A stretch of DNA of 63,185 nt, the filler included, from Octopus bimaculoides (taxonomy: Eukaryota): NCBI RefSeq assembly GCF_001194135.2. It is 4 parts of 4 records of this genome, joined end to end, with 100 filler letters (N's around TTAATTAATTAA, not from the genome) between each part and the next. Parts side by side here need not be neighbours in the genome. Positions count along the whole stretch, not along the records: positions 48,540 to 62,072 come from NC_068989.1; positions 62,173 to 63,185 come from NW_026425419.1; 2 more parts are not named here. One strand, written 5' to 3'. Positions 51,941 through 63,185 of the stretch are shown piece by piece (within the stretch, counting starts at the first letter, position 1; each line of letters begins with the position of its first letter). Below the pieces are notes generated by a model that did not search any database, was not told where the DNA came from, and saw nothing but the letters and a program-made list of their open reading frames with translations. The position numbers and the translations under genes were made by a program.

Positions 51941-52654
51941 AGTTATTGTCTCTGTCAGTTATTTTCCTATTTGAATCACCGACTTATGTATACGTATAGA
52001 TCATAGACACACACATATATATAGACACACGTAAGATATAGTTAAGGTTAATTGCATAGAGACCCAAACCACATATACACGCACATATACATTTACACAA
52101 TTCAGTTCAGGTGTTGAGCCAAAAGTTTTGCACTATTTTGGTCACTACTTTGCTTTATTCGTCATTACAACAAAAGCAGCCTAGTACTCTAACTAAAGGC
52201 TATCATGTTGCACTGTCTGAAGCTGTCTTTCTGCCAGTTCTTTGATCTCACACTGATACCAGTTCTTGCGCATCGAGGCAAAAATCTTCACTGAAGCTTC
52301 CACCATCTCTTATATANNNNNNNNNNNNNNNNNNNNNNNNNNNNNNNNNNNNNNNNNNNNNNNNNNNNNNNNNNNNNNNNNNNNNNNNNNNNNNNNNNNN
52401 NNNNNNNNNNNNNNNNNNNNNNNNNNNNNNNNNNNNNNNNNNNNNNNNNNNNNNNNNNNNNNNNNNNNNNNNNNNNNNNNNNNNNNNNNNNNNNNNNNNN
52501 NNNNNNNNNNNNNNNNNNNNNNNNNNNNNNNNNNNNNNNNNNNNNNNNNNNNNNNNNNNNNNNNNNNNNNNNNNNNNNNNNNNNNNNNNNNNNNNNNNNN
52601 NNNNNNTATATATATATATATATACATATATACATACATACATAATACATGCAT

Positions 52655-52687
<33 letters not shown>

Positions 52688-52725
52688 TATATATATGCCT
52701 ATATGTATACATACATACATATATA

Positions 52726-53005
52726 GGTCGTGTGCTCTTTTCCGCGACACTCCACCTGCATCTAATGAGGAGGACTGCTTCACCGACCTGGGCCACCGAC
52801 CATCCCAATGGACGCCAGCTTCTGGCCAGTTCCAAGCAGTCGAGCTTTTTGCGGGCGCCTGCCAGCATGCTGTGGACCGGTTTGACTTTTCCAAGCGATC
52901 CCACATCTGAACATCTCCCCAGCCGAACTCTCGGCCCTTCGTTGCCTCCGACGCCACACGGACATCATCATAAAACCGGCCGACAAGGGTGGAGCCGTGG
53001 TGGTG
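52726..53005 (+). pseudogene. Penelope-like element ORF fragment (region preceding RT)
   Basis: SQWTPASGQF...NISPAELSALRCLRRHTDIIIKPADKGGAVVV. IKPADKGGAVV is a hallmark PLE motif. Confidence 0.85.
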
Positions 53006-53739
53006 TAGACTCTGTGACCACCGGAATGAAACATCCAGCATAGAATGGACCATCAATAGGCTATTATTGCTACGACTTAGACAACGCAGTTTGAATCTAC
53101 ATCGGTTCATCCATTTAATACAACTTATTTATATAATTTCAGTAGCTGTTTTTATCAGTTTGAAAAGAAGCAATGCGTGTACCATGCGAGCAGTCATACG
53201 TACCCCAGGGAAGGGGACTTTCTGTCCACAGGGGCTCCATTAGTTATTATGTGAAAAATTTTAAGAGTCTAAGGCCATCTCTGGAATATAATGTGTTCCC
53301 AGTTTGGAGAAAATCAGTTGCGAACTTCAGAAGTTCTGCGGGTTTACGCACACACGCGCACACATACACACGCACACACACACACACATACACACACACA
53401 CACACACATCCTCAGTTTTATATATATAGATACTGCTGCTCTCTACCCTCACGGCACTAAACCTCGGCCCAACGCCTGTTCCCAAGGCGGCAACGCTGTT
53501 GCGACTATACTAGCATACATCTATCACACCTGCACATATAAATGCCAAAATCATGCAGATATATGTACATACAGACACGCACACTCCAGACAAAAACATA
53601 CATACGCACACATATATATCCTTGCAGACAAACATGCATGCGCTCATAGGGTTATACACAAATGCAAGAATGTACAAGTGCATAACAACCGTACATGTAT
53701 TCTAAACATGTTCGCGCTCACACACGTATATAGTACACG

Positions 53740-53825
53740 TATATAGTTTATAGTATATAGTATATATAGTATATAGTATATATAGTATATAGTACACGCG
53801 TATATAGTATATAGTACATGTATAA
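53740..53825. repeat. Degenerate (TATATAG)n minisatellite
   Basis: Seen directly. Confidence 0.85.
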
Positions 53826-54192
53826 TGCACACATATTCGCACGCACACACACATACTCAGGCAACCAATAACACACCCACATACTCGCACTCATTTGATA
53901 TGCACGCACACACACATTCGCTGGGTTCTTTCAGCTCCCAGACGCCACCAAATTTCGGCTCAGCCATGTGATCCAAGCAATTCTGCTTTCTAATGCATCT
54001 GATGTCGCTTAAATGTAGATCTCACTTCTAACAACGCCATGTAACTCGCCTGGGCCAATAGCAGCCCATTTTCCAGTAGCCAAATTAGACTTCCTGCGTT
54101 TCTCTATTCGGTAATCTAAACCTGAACGAGGATGGTTTTTTTTACAGGCCTGTGAAACTTTAAGTCGCATGCAGCCGAATCAAACTGTTTTC

Positions 54193-54237
<45 letters not shown>

Positions 54238-54238
54238 G

Positions 54239-54445
54239 ATTTTGGCACAAGGCCAGCAATTTCAGGGAGAGGTAAGTCGATTACATCAACCCCGGTATTT
54301 AACTGGTACTTATTTTATCGACCCCAAAAAGGATGAAAGGCAAAGTGGACCTCAGCGGAATTTGAACTCAGAACGTAGCGACGGGCGAAATACCGCTAAG
54401 CATTTCGTTCAGCGCGCTAACGATCCTGCCAACTCGCTGTCTTCT
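54239..54445 (-). mobile_element. SINE family B
   Basis: Full body from tttggcacaaggcc to cgatcctgccaactcgc. Confidence 0.9.
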
Positions 54446-54449
54446 TAAT

Positions 54450-54450
54450 A

Positions 54451-54495
<45 letters not shown>

Positions 54496-54555
54496 ATGAT
54501 GATGAAGATGATGATGATAATATCATTATTAATAATAATAATAGTAAAAAAAATA

Positions 54556-54613
<58 letters not shown>

Positions 54614-54650
54614 CAACAATAACAATAATAACAACAACAACAACAACAAC

Positions 54651-54682
<32 letters not shown>

Positions 54683-54710
54683 CAATAACAATAATAACAA
54701 CAACAACAAC

Positions 54711-54748
<38 letters not shown>
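54450..54748. repeat. Compound (GAT)n/(TAA)n/(CAA)n microsatellite
   Basis: Seen directly. Confidence 0.95.
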
Positions 54749-54749
<1 letters not shown>

Positions 54750-55345
54750 CGCAAGACCAAACTTTGGTCACGAACTGGAGGATCGACCTTAGGAATGAGC
54801 AAGTATCTCTGCTGTACCGCATCTGCATTAGAGTGAATGAAACCATTGCACATGTCACAAACGAATGCCTAGACTTGCCCCACATCACTACAAGGGGTGA
54901 CACGACCAAGTAGCAAAAGTGCTACATTGGAAACTGAGCGAAAAGTGGGGGCTAGAGAGAGGCAAGACATGAGCACAAACAGCAAAGAGTGGCAGAGTCG
55001 GAGACTGGACTGGCAAAATCCTCTGCAATTTCCCAATCCAAACAGATCTGGTACTAGAGCATAACAGACGTGACATAGTGGTGGTGGACAATGGGCACCA
55101 CATATGCTATATAGTTGACATTGCATGCCCCTTTGACCCACGAATAGTCAAGAAGGATGGCGAAAAGATTGATAGATCTTAAGTACGAAATAGCCCTTGA
55201 GGATAGTATCAGAAGGTATCAAGAGAAATATAAAGGAAATTGGAATAAAGTGCCCAGTAGAACTGTTACAAAAGGTTTGCCTCCTTGGCACAGCCAGAAA
55301 AATCAGGTAAATATTAGATAGCAGAAAACCTGTGATAAAGAGAAA
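54749..55345 (+). mobile_element. 5'-truncated Dong/R4-clade element (CCHC + RLE end)
   Basis: YRICIRVNETIAHVTNEC; HDQVAKVLHWKL; PIQTDLVLEHNRRDIVVVD...VDIACPFD; LLQKVCLLGTARKI. Confidence 0.85.
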
Positions 55346-55371
55346 TAAAAATAAAATTAATAGTAACTTCA

Positions 55372-55562
55372 TTGCAAGGAGAGCAATTTCGGGGGAGGCG
55401 GTAAGTCGATTACATTGACCCTGGTTCCCGACCTGCTCTTATTTTATCGAATCCCGAAAGATGAAAGGCAAAGTCGAACTCGGCAGACTTTGAACTTAGA
55501 ACGTCAAGATGGTCGAAATGCTGCTAAGTATTTTGCCCGGCGTGCTAACGATTCTGCCACCT
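55372..55562 (-). mobile_element. SINE family B
   Basis: gatgaaaggcaaagtcgaactcggcagactttgaact...gcgtgctaacgattctgcca. Confidence 0.85.
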
Positions 55563-56419
55563 AGCCGTATAGTTTTCTATTGTCGAGAAGTATATTCCTG
55601 GTTATGGCATAGAAACCGTTTAGAAAGTTACTATTGGTTGTATAAACTTGGCAATTCAAATTACCTATATGTATGTATTTGTTACTTGATTATTAATTGT
55701 CTTTTCCAGGTTATATTTCAATTTAGTTGAATAAAGGTTATTTACCAGAAGGTATCAACAGTAAATAATATTATGTAATACGTGCGGTCATGTTTACGCC
55801 GTCACCTTTGGCACACAGTTTCACGAAAGGCTGAAGTGTTGAAGCTTCTTCATTATTTGAACAAGAAAAAAATACAAAACCAAACAACAAATACAAAAAC
55901 AAAACAAACTTTTCTTTTATGAAATCATATTTGTCTGCGTGTGACAGCCTTTCCTTTTCAAAAGGTTTGAGATATAATACAACTATATGGATTCTACAAA
56001 ACTAAAATACGAACGATCGGCAATGTTCACCATTATTATGTATGTGGATAAGAAAGGGTTGTATGTGCGGATAAGATGGTGGTGACAAGATATCATTGTA
56101 TAGACTAAATAAGTTAAATCAAACTATGCTCAACTCAATTTTCTTTTGATAAAAATGTCAGAAAATGGTGGGAAAAAATTGAGAAAATTTGCCTGAAACT
56201 GTCCTTAGTTCAATAGTTCAAACTTTCTGCCTAAAAGTGATTTATCTCGCTGATATTGATATATGTTCCAATGAAAAGATCAAAGGTTGCAAGCTGAACA
56301 TTATTATTACACTTTATGGTTTAGTACAGAATCACACTGTTACTATATTGTCCATAAAACAAAAGTAATTCTTTCTGATATAATATTAAAAGAATGTAGC
56401 AATTGGAACCAAACTTGAG

Positions 56420-56530
56420 CATTGCAAGCCTGAGGTTTCGGGTTCAGTCCTATTTCACAATATCTTGGCAAATGTCTTCTACTATAGCCTGTTAATGCCT
56501 TATCAGTGAGTTCGGTGGACAGAAACTGTC
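56420..56530 (+). mobile_element. SINE family C (partial)
   Basis: gggttcagtcc...ttggcaaatgtcttctactatagcc...gacagaaactg. Confidence 0.65.
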
Positions 56531-56820
56531 TATGTTGGGGCTGAAAAAAAAATATAGGTTATTTTAAAGTTTGGGCCATTTATGCTTCTTAAAAGTTTGT
56601 TCTCAAACAGCTAATGTACCTTGCATTTGTAGGCATACCTTAACGTTCATAGTTTTCGAGGTTCGTCTCTTTCGACTTTATGTCATTTCTCTCTCTCACA
56701 CTTTCTCTCCCCTCTCTCTCTATCTATCTGTGTGTGTGTAGATGTGTGTGAATGTGTGTGTGTTTTTCTGTCCGTTTTTCTGCTTGTCTCCCTCCATCTA
56801 CGTGTGTATATATATGTATG

Positions 56821-56881
<61 letters not shown>

Positions 56882-56884
<3 letters not shown>

Positions 56885-57825
56885 TGGTCTGATCAATAAG
56901 TATACGAACTGTTGCCAATAGTAACGAAGCTAAAGTACGCAGAGTAGAACGGCTTGGTAAAGATTGACCTTGAACTCTGCTCTACATGCGCACTGCGTTT
57001 TAACGTTCTACCTCACTTCCACTGTTTACAGCAGTGCTTGGAAGGAAGGTATGTAGTGTGTGATCGTCACATTGATCATGACAGAGAAAGTTGAGCAGAG
57101 AATCTGCATCAAATTTCGCCAAAAGCTTGGTGACACTTGCTTAAAGGCCTACGCATTGTTTTCAAAAAGTTTTCCTAGTTCTCGACACAATCGAGGAAAT
57201 CTTGTGCAACTGAAACCCGTGTGTCTTATTGGTCAGCTGATGCAGTTTTGGCACAAACTGAGCAGATACTTACTTGGCAGACACATACCAAAATCTTCAG
57301 TGATGATGGACTGAACTGAACCGTAATTAATCTGCACATCCTCTGATAACTCACGGGTGGTGATTCAACGATTTTACCCCACAGCCGTACGCACATCTGC
57401 AATGTTTTTCTCAGTTCTGCTGGTTACGGGTCTCCCAGAACGTTCGTCAATATCGATATTTTCCGGCCGTCTTGGAAGCGTCTGAACCACTTGTACACTT
57501 ATGTGCGGCTCATTTACTCCTCTCCATACGCTTTCTGCCACTTTGCGTAGGCATCTGCGCAGGTATCACCATGACAACTTTCTCTGTCATTGTCAATGAC
57601 ACACATTGTCAATGACACACATTGTCAATGACACACATTGTCAATGACACACATTGTCAATGATCACACGTCACACACCTTCCCTTTTAGCACTGCTGTA
57701 AACATCGGAAGTGGGCTAAAACGTTAAAACATAGTGGAAGGTAAAACTTTGCCAAGCGGCTTTACACTGAGTACTTTAGCTTTGTTACTATGGCAACAGT
57801 CCGGATGCTTATTGATCAAACTTGG
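56882..57825. mobile_element. Mariner derivative built from two inverted left ends
   Basis: About 60-bp TIRs (tgatcaataagtatacgaactgttgcc / ggcaacagtccggatgcttattgatca) with TA flanks. MTEKV start reads inward from both sides. The minus half encodes VYKWFRRFQDGR...DERSGRP...VSAQFVPKL. Confidence 0.85.
57588..57667. repeat. 16-bp tandem repeat (cattgtcaatgacaca x5)
   Basis: Units start at 57588, 57604, 57620, 57636 and 57652. Confidence 0.95.
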
Positions 57826-58029
57826 TATATACATGCACATGTATGTACCCCCCCCCCCCNNNNNNNNNNNNNNNNNNNNNNNNNNNNNNNNNNCCCCCAC
57901 ACAAATAAACACACACACACAAATAAACACACAAACACACACCGACGAATACATACACATATATATGGGTGTGTGTATGTGTGAGTGTGAACATGTCATT
58001 GTTTTGCCCCCACCCACCTGACAACCTAT

Positions 58030-59100
58030 GTTGGTTTGTTTACGTGCACATATCCTACACTTCGGCAAAAAGAGACAACAATATAACTACCAGACTTAAC
58101 ATACGTACTGGAATCAATTCGATGAACACAATCCTTCGAGGCACTGTCTCAGTGCGGCTGCGATTCTTGGGTGAAGCAATGAAACAAATTAAACGATTTA
58201 ATACAATGAAAATATACTTGAATTCTTATTCTATTAAATTGTTCATGATACCCTCTTCCAGTCTGCAACGGTTACATTCTTTCTATATCAGCTATCTTCT
58301 ATCCTTGTTAAATTCGTCAATTCCCACCTGTTACTGCACGGGTGTAACCCTCAATAACCACTAGTACAGCTCTCATAAAACCAGATTTGCCAAAGACATA
58401 CTCTTCTGTGCTACTCGCCGGTGCGTTCTCTTCCTCGAGAATTTGATGAGAAAAGTTGTTATATAGGATATCTGCAAAGCATTAGACGCGTCTGATGTTC
58501 TGATCACCTGTGAAAATTGTCCAGCAATGAGATCCATCTCTCTTTTGCTTCTTGGTGGCTTTCTATCAGATCGAACAATCAGTTTATGCTGGTAGAAATA
58601 CGCCAACGACCGTGTGTCATCACCTCCAGTAACACTCACTCCAACGCAGATAACACACTTTGTTCTTCCTTTTTCTTCTGTAACCAAGTGCCATCCGCGT
58701 ACAACCTGCACGCCACATGCAACTTAGACCTAACTTTCGCTGAGTTCATGATTAAAAACTGCGAAGACATACACCAATAGGATCGTGTCCATTTTGTCTC
58801 CTTCAACAATACAAATACACTAGAAAAACTCGCATATTGGCTTTCGTGCAAAATGCATCCTTGTTAATATCATTAGCAGGGAAGCTAATCCCTGCCACCT
58901 CCGGTATCGAGATCAACGGATCTCGTGATTTCCACCTTCTTTTTTACACATATCAAGAAACCACTTCAATATAACTGAGGGTCTCTCCTACTGAATGCAC
59001 ATCCTCAACATAACATAGACTTGGTTATAGACTGGCTTTTCTCTTTAGTTCCAGAAAAATACTTCACCCGATTTACTATCGCTCTAAAAAGATCAAATAT
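58030..59100 (+). mobile_element. Possible very decayed Penelope-like RT remnant
   Basis: Weak similarity only (NLCWFVYV to ANLFVGYVE; SYLLS; KDILFCATRRCV to KxSIPxSQFLRLRRxC). Confidence 0.3.
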
Positions 59101-61417
59101 ATTCTACAACAGAATACTACTCTCCCATCTGTTTATTCGTATCCGACTGTTTGGCATGAAATCGCTCCTGTCTCTAAACTAAAAACGTATTGTTTCCATT
59201 TATCGTGGTGTCTTGTCACATCTACGGAGTAGTTCTTTGTTTCTCAGATCTCTGGTCTGGCATATACACACATACACAATCCCTTATTACTTGTTCATTC
59301 TGACCTTCCACTTTACCATCCTCTGCCACTTCCACCATTTCCAATCCCGTCTCGTCATTTTTCGTATCTTCCCTCTCTCACTCCTCCTTCTATTATGTGC
59401 GCCCGCAAACTCCGCAAACTCCGCAAACTCCGCAATCTCATCGTCCATAATTCCTTGTCCTCACACTCTGTCCCCCAGCCAGATCCCTTTCCTGCTTCTA
59501 GCTCTGTTGTCAAAGCTGTCAAAATGACCGTCGATTATCCGGCAGGTTCACGGAGCAACCCAGAGTCATTTACTGTCATTTTGGAATCTTTGAAATTTTA
59601 CCATCTCGAACTTTAAAGTTAAATTTTCAGCTTCTCGACCCTTTTTCACCTTTTTCCATTTTGCTTCACTGCTGCACGAAGAGAAAGAGAAAACGGCTTC
59701 TCATCTTCTACATACTTTTATTTGGCTACACGCACAAAATCCGACTTATTTTCTCGACACCTTTTGTCACACACACAGACACACAGCCTTTAATATACAT
59801 GTTCACGCTCTCACAACCCACCTAACAAATGCACACTCACGAATAACTCTCTACACTTTAATAACCAATGCTTCAACAGTTAGACACCTATGAATGTCTA
59901 TGCATATTTATACACTCCACCAGCACACACACCTACACTATCCTCCCTTTTCCCCCACTTCCAGACGCCCAAACACTCTACTACATGCATCAGCACACTC
60001 ACATTTCTCCTTTATTAGTTATCTCATGGTAAGGCGCTCACATCTCGTTTCCAACACTTTGCCTTCTTTCCTACGCTTCCCTAAATTAATTTCTACCTCT
60101 TTTAGTTAATGTCTTTTCTTGTTCCATTACACTTTTCTTTCATCCTATCTCCTAATTTCTCTTTTTTCTTCTTATGAAAGATGAAAGACTATACTCCGAA
60201 ACATTAATGCACTTTATTTCAGCTTCTCAAGTTTCAAAATAAAACCATATTCACTACATATATAACAAAATTTTACACGACACTCCTTCACTACCACAAG
60301 AAAGGGGATTCTTCATACACCAGTGAGTGTAATATTGTTTAATATCAATTCTCCCAGAAAAAAAAAAAAAAAAATTTCTATCCATTTCTATCCATATATA
60401 TTTCTTTATTACCCACAGGGGGATAAACATAGAGGGGACAAACAAGGACAGACAAAGGGATTAAATCAATTACATCGACCCCGGTGCGTATGTATATACA
60501 CATACATACATACATACAAACATACATACATACATACATACATACATACATGCATACATACATGCATACATACATCCATTTCTTTTTCCTCCCCAGCAAT
60601 ACCTGTGCTTGACACTTTTTAAAGTGAGGAAAAGTTTTGCACAGCAACCATTCCCACTCTCTAAACTACAAAGCATGATCCAAAAAGAAGAGCAAGTCGA
60701 CATCATTGGCTGCATTTGCAGTCGCAGGTTTTATATCAGAGTGTCCTTCTCCCAGTCTTTGCCCAACCAAAGGCTAAAATTACAATCTCAAAATACAAAA
60801 ATATCAGTTTCAAAACATCAGGAATTTACAACACAAATTCATACACATCTCTCTCTTCCTCCTTGCTCCACTTCCTCCCTCTAACATCCTCTCTGCTCAC
60901 GTGTGACTTGTGGTCAACTCTCTTTTCACTCCAGCCACTATGAAGGCGAGACGAACTGTTAGCGTTCTACATCAGATTTGCGTTTGGCCGTACGGCTTTT
61001 CAATGTTGTTTTCACTGTCCATTTTTTCCTGTCTTGATTTGTGTTTGCCCTTGGAATCCTCTGTTTAGTGGGTCGATCCACTACTCAGGAAGAGACTATT
61101 CTAGAGTACGGTCTGCCTTATATTCGAAACGTCTAGTTAGAATAGAGGCAGCTGATGAAGGATTAATTCCAAGTGGCTATCTGTTTTCCTATGTGTTCGT
61201 TCTGTGGTCCGTAGTTCATTGTTCTAACGTCCTGTACCCTGATATGCATCTATATACACATGTAGATGTAAGTATATACATATATGTGTGTATACATGCA
61301 TATATATTCTTTGTATTATATATATATGTTTAGGTGAAAATTATCGAAAAAAAAAAACGAATACTAGTGTATGAACAAGCAAATGTATTAGTTTGACGCT
61401 CGGGAAAATGAAAAAAT

Positions 61418-61453
61418 CTTTTACGCTTCGAGCCTACGCTCTTCAACAGAAAG
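61418..61453 (-). ncRNA. Second copy of the CUGUUGA hammerhead-like motif family
   Basis: cuuu-CUGUUGA-A-GAGC(guag)GCUC-GAAG-CG-UA-aaag. The downstream ttcattttcccgagcgtcaaac matches 21000-21020. Confidence 0.4.
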
Positions 61454-61507
61454 GAATAAAAGAAAAACAAAGAGAAAACGAAAAAAAAAAACGGTCCAGA
61501 ATGGTAA

Positions 61508-61565
<58 letters not shown>

Positions 61566-61680
61566 GCACGTACACACGCATGCATGTATGGAAAGAGAGA
61601 GAGTGAGATATAGTGAATGAGAGTGAGAAAGAGAGAGCGTGGAGAGAGAATAAGAGAGAAAGAAAGAAGGAGAGAGAGAC

Positions 61681-61743
<63 letters not shown>

Positions 61744-61764
61744 CAGACAGAGAAAGAGAGAGAT

Positions 61765-61799
<35 letters not shown>

Positions 61800-62116
61800 A
61801 CGCAAGAGTTGTTTTGGCTGCATGATCATAAATCTATTTCATGTTTATTAAAGTTTTTGTGCAAAACCAATAAATTTCTTGTGTTGAAATTAAATGTTAA
61901 ATTTAATCAAAGTAAGAAACAGCTTAGTCAAAATAAATCCACGCTCGCACGCACGCAAACACGAACGCTCACACACACTACAGTGCAGAATTTGTGCACC
62001 ACACACATGCACGCGCGCGCACACTCACTCACACACACACACACACACGCACACACACACACACACACACACNNNNNNNNNNNNNNNNNNNNNNNNNNNN
62101 NNNNNNNNNNNNNNNN

Positions 62117-62128
62117 TTAATTAATTAA
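62117..62128. other. Artificial scaffold-join linker
   Basis: N44-TTAATTAATTAA-N44. Confidence 0.9.
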
Positions 62129-62712
62129 NNNNNNNNNNNNNNNNNNNNNNNNNNNNNNNNNNNNNNNNNNNNAGTAATTCCTTGGTTTTGTATAATTAGC
62201 ACTTGAATGCACCTTGAAAATAATTACTACGCTTATAAGATTATTGCATGTGAAATATTGATTTCATGTGTAGATAAGAAATACACAGAGATTCTGTTGT
62301 ACGGTTTTCTTAATACATGTTTGCACTGCGACTAATGAAAAAAGGTCTTGTTCAAGAATAGTGTTCCTGCTGGCACTGTTTTTGATTACTTAACAAGACC
62401 GTTTCCCATTTGTCAGTGGTTTTATGTTTGCTGATAACTGTTTCCTTTTTGCCATGTAAAATTTTAAACCACCTTAACCCCTTTTGTATAACTCTTCAAT
62501 CGATACTTCAATCAGAATCAGCAAAACGGCAAAAAGGGAGAAATGCACACTGGGATGTGCACTTATACTGACATGTCTTGAAATGCAGTGCTAAAGTGAG
62601 AGAATACCAATACAAGTAGTCATATATGCAATTTCCAAAGAACATGAAGAGTGATGATACCTCGCATAGAAATTGATGAACTCAATCCTCCAGGAAGTGT
62701 CGTAGACCTTAC

Positions 62713-62787
62713 TTTCTGCTTCAAACTGTGTTTGTAAACATAAGGCAAACTTTTGTAGGCTCGGTTTTCACTCAGTTCAATTAACTC
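62713..62787 (-). CDS. Candidate 75-nt phase-0 internal exon, product unknown (ELIELSENRAYKSLPYVYKHSLKQK)
   Basis: atatttag|GAG...AAA|gtaagg with an open frame, in non-repetitive sequence. The peptide is not recognised and the polypyrimidine tract is weak. Confidence 0.25.
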
Positions 62788-63185
62788 CTAAATATTATTA
62801 CTACTTAACTTATTTATCGTGGGGAAACTAAAGATAAAACAGTGTACGTAATATTTCAATGAACCACGGAATGTATTAAAATATCATTAATTTAGTTTAT
62901 TACTCTAAAGGTCTGTAATCCATTACAAAGTTAAAGAATCAATATTACCAATGTTACAATTGATATTAAGGTGTTGAGTTGGGAGAAATGGTGCTTAATT
63001 TCTTACATCTACATTTTGAGTTAGAATCACACCAGAATCAGCTTTACATGTCTGATTTCCAGTTTTATTAAAAATAGAATCAGTTTGGACTTGAGTCTAA
63101 CCAAAAGATATCAATCAATATCCTAACAAGCATTTTGGTAAAGAGTCGGCAAAAGTGTCAGCAAATTTAATCAAATAATTAGCAG

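Noticed and set aside
60174-60210. gatgaaagactatactccgaaac hammerhead-like trace (a similar trace is at about 765-800 on the minus strand)
   Set aside because: Core and stems are too degraded to call.
61111-61170. GAAAC-GUC ... CUGAUGA in permuted (type II) hammerhead order
   Set aside because: Stems I and II cannot be formed convincingly. At best it is a decayed PLE end.

Overview
AT-rich, microsatellite-dense animal genomic DNA. The repeat landscape suggests an octopus (coleoid cephalopod); this is an inference, not a database match. I found no confidently identifiable host protein-coding gene and no rRNA, true tRNA, CRISPR or prokaryotic system. Almost all ORFs in the supplied track are artefacts of microsatellites or N-runs. 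The window is a transposon graveyard: two RTE-clade LINEs joined tail-to-tail, a near full-length mosaic Dong/R4 LINE and a truncated one, both next to (TAA)n, a decayed Ty3/Gypsy element, Penelope-like remnants, a Helitron, mariner, Tigger-like and hAT DNA transposons, and several tRNA-derived SINE families. The most interesting signal is a tRNA-headed SINE-like element whose tail has the layout of a Penelope-type minimal hammerhead ribozyme (retrozyme-like), present as a head-to-head pair. Both copies carry the same two core deviations, so activity is unproven. Several long fold-back structures are also present. Three 100-bp N44-TTAATTAATTAA-N44 spacers show the window is stitched from at least four pieces. 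Boundaries of decayed elements are approximate and were read by eye.
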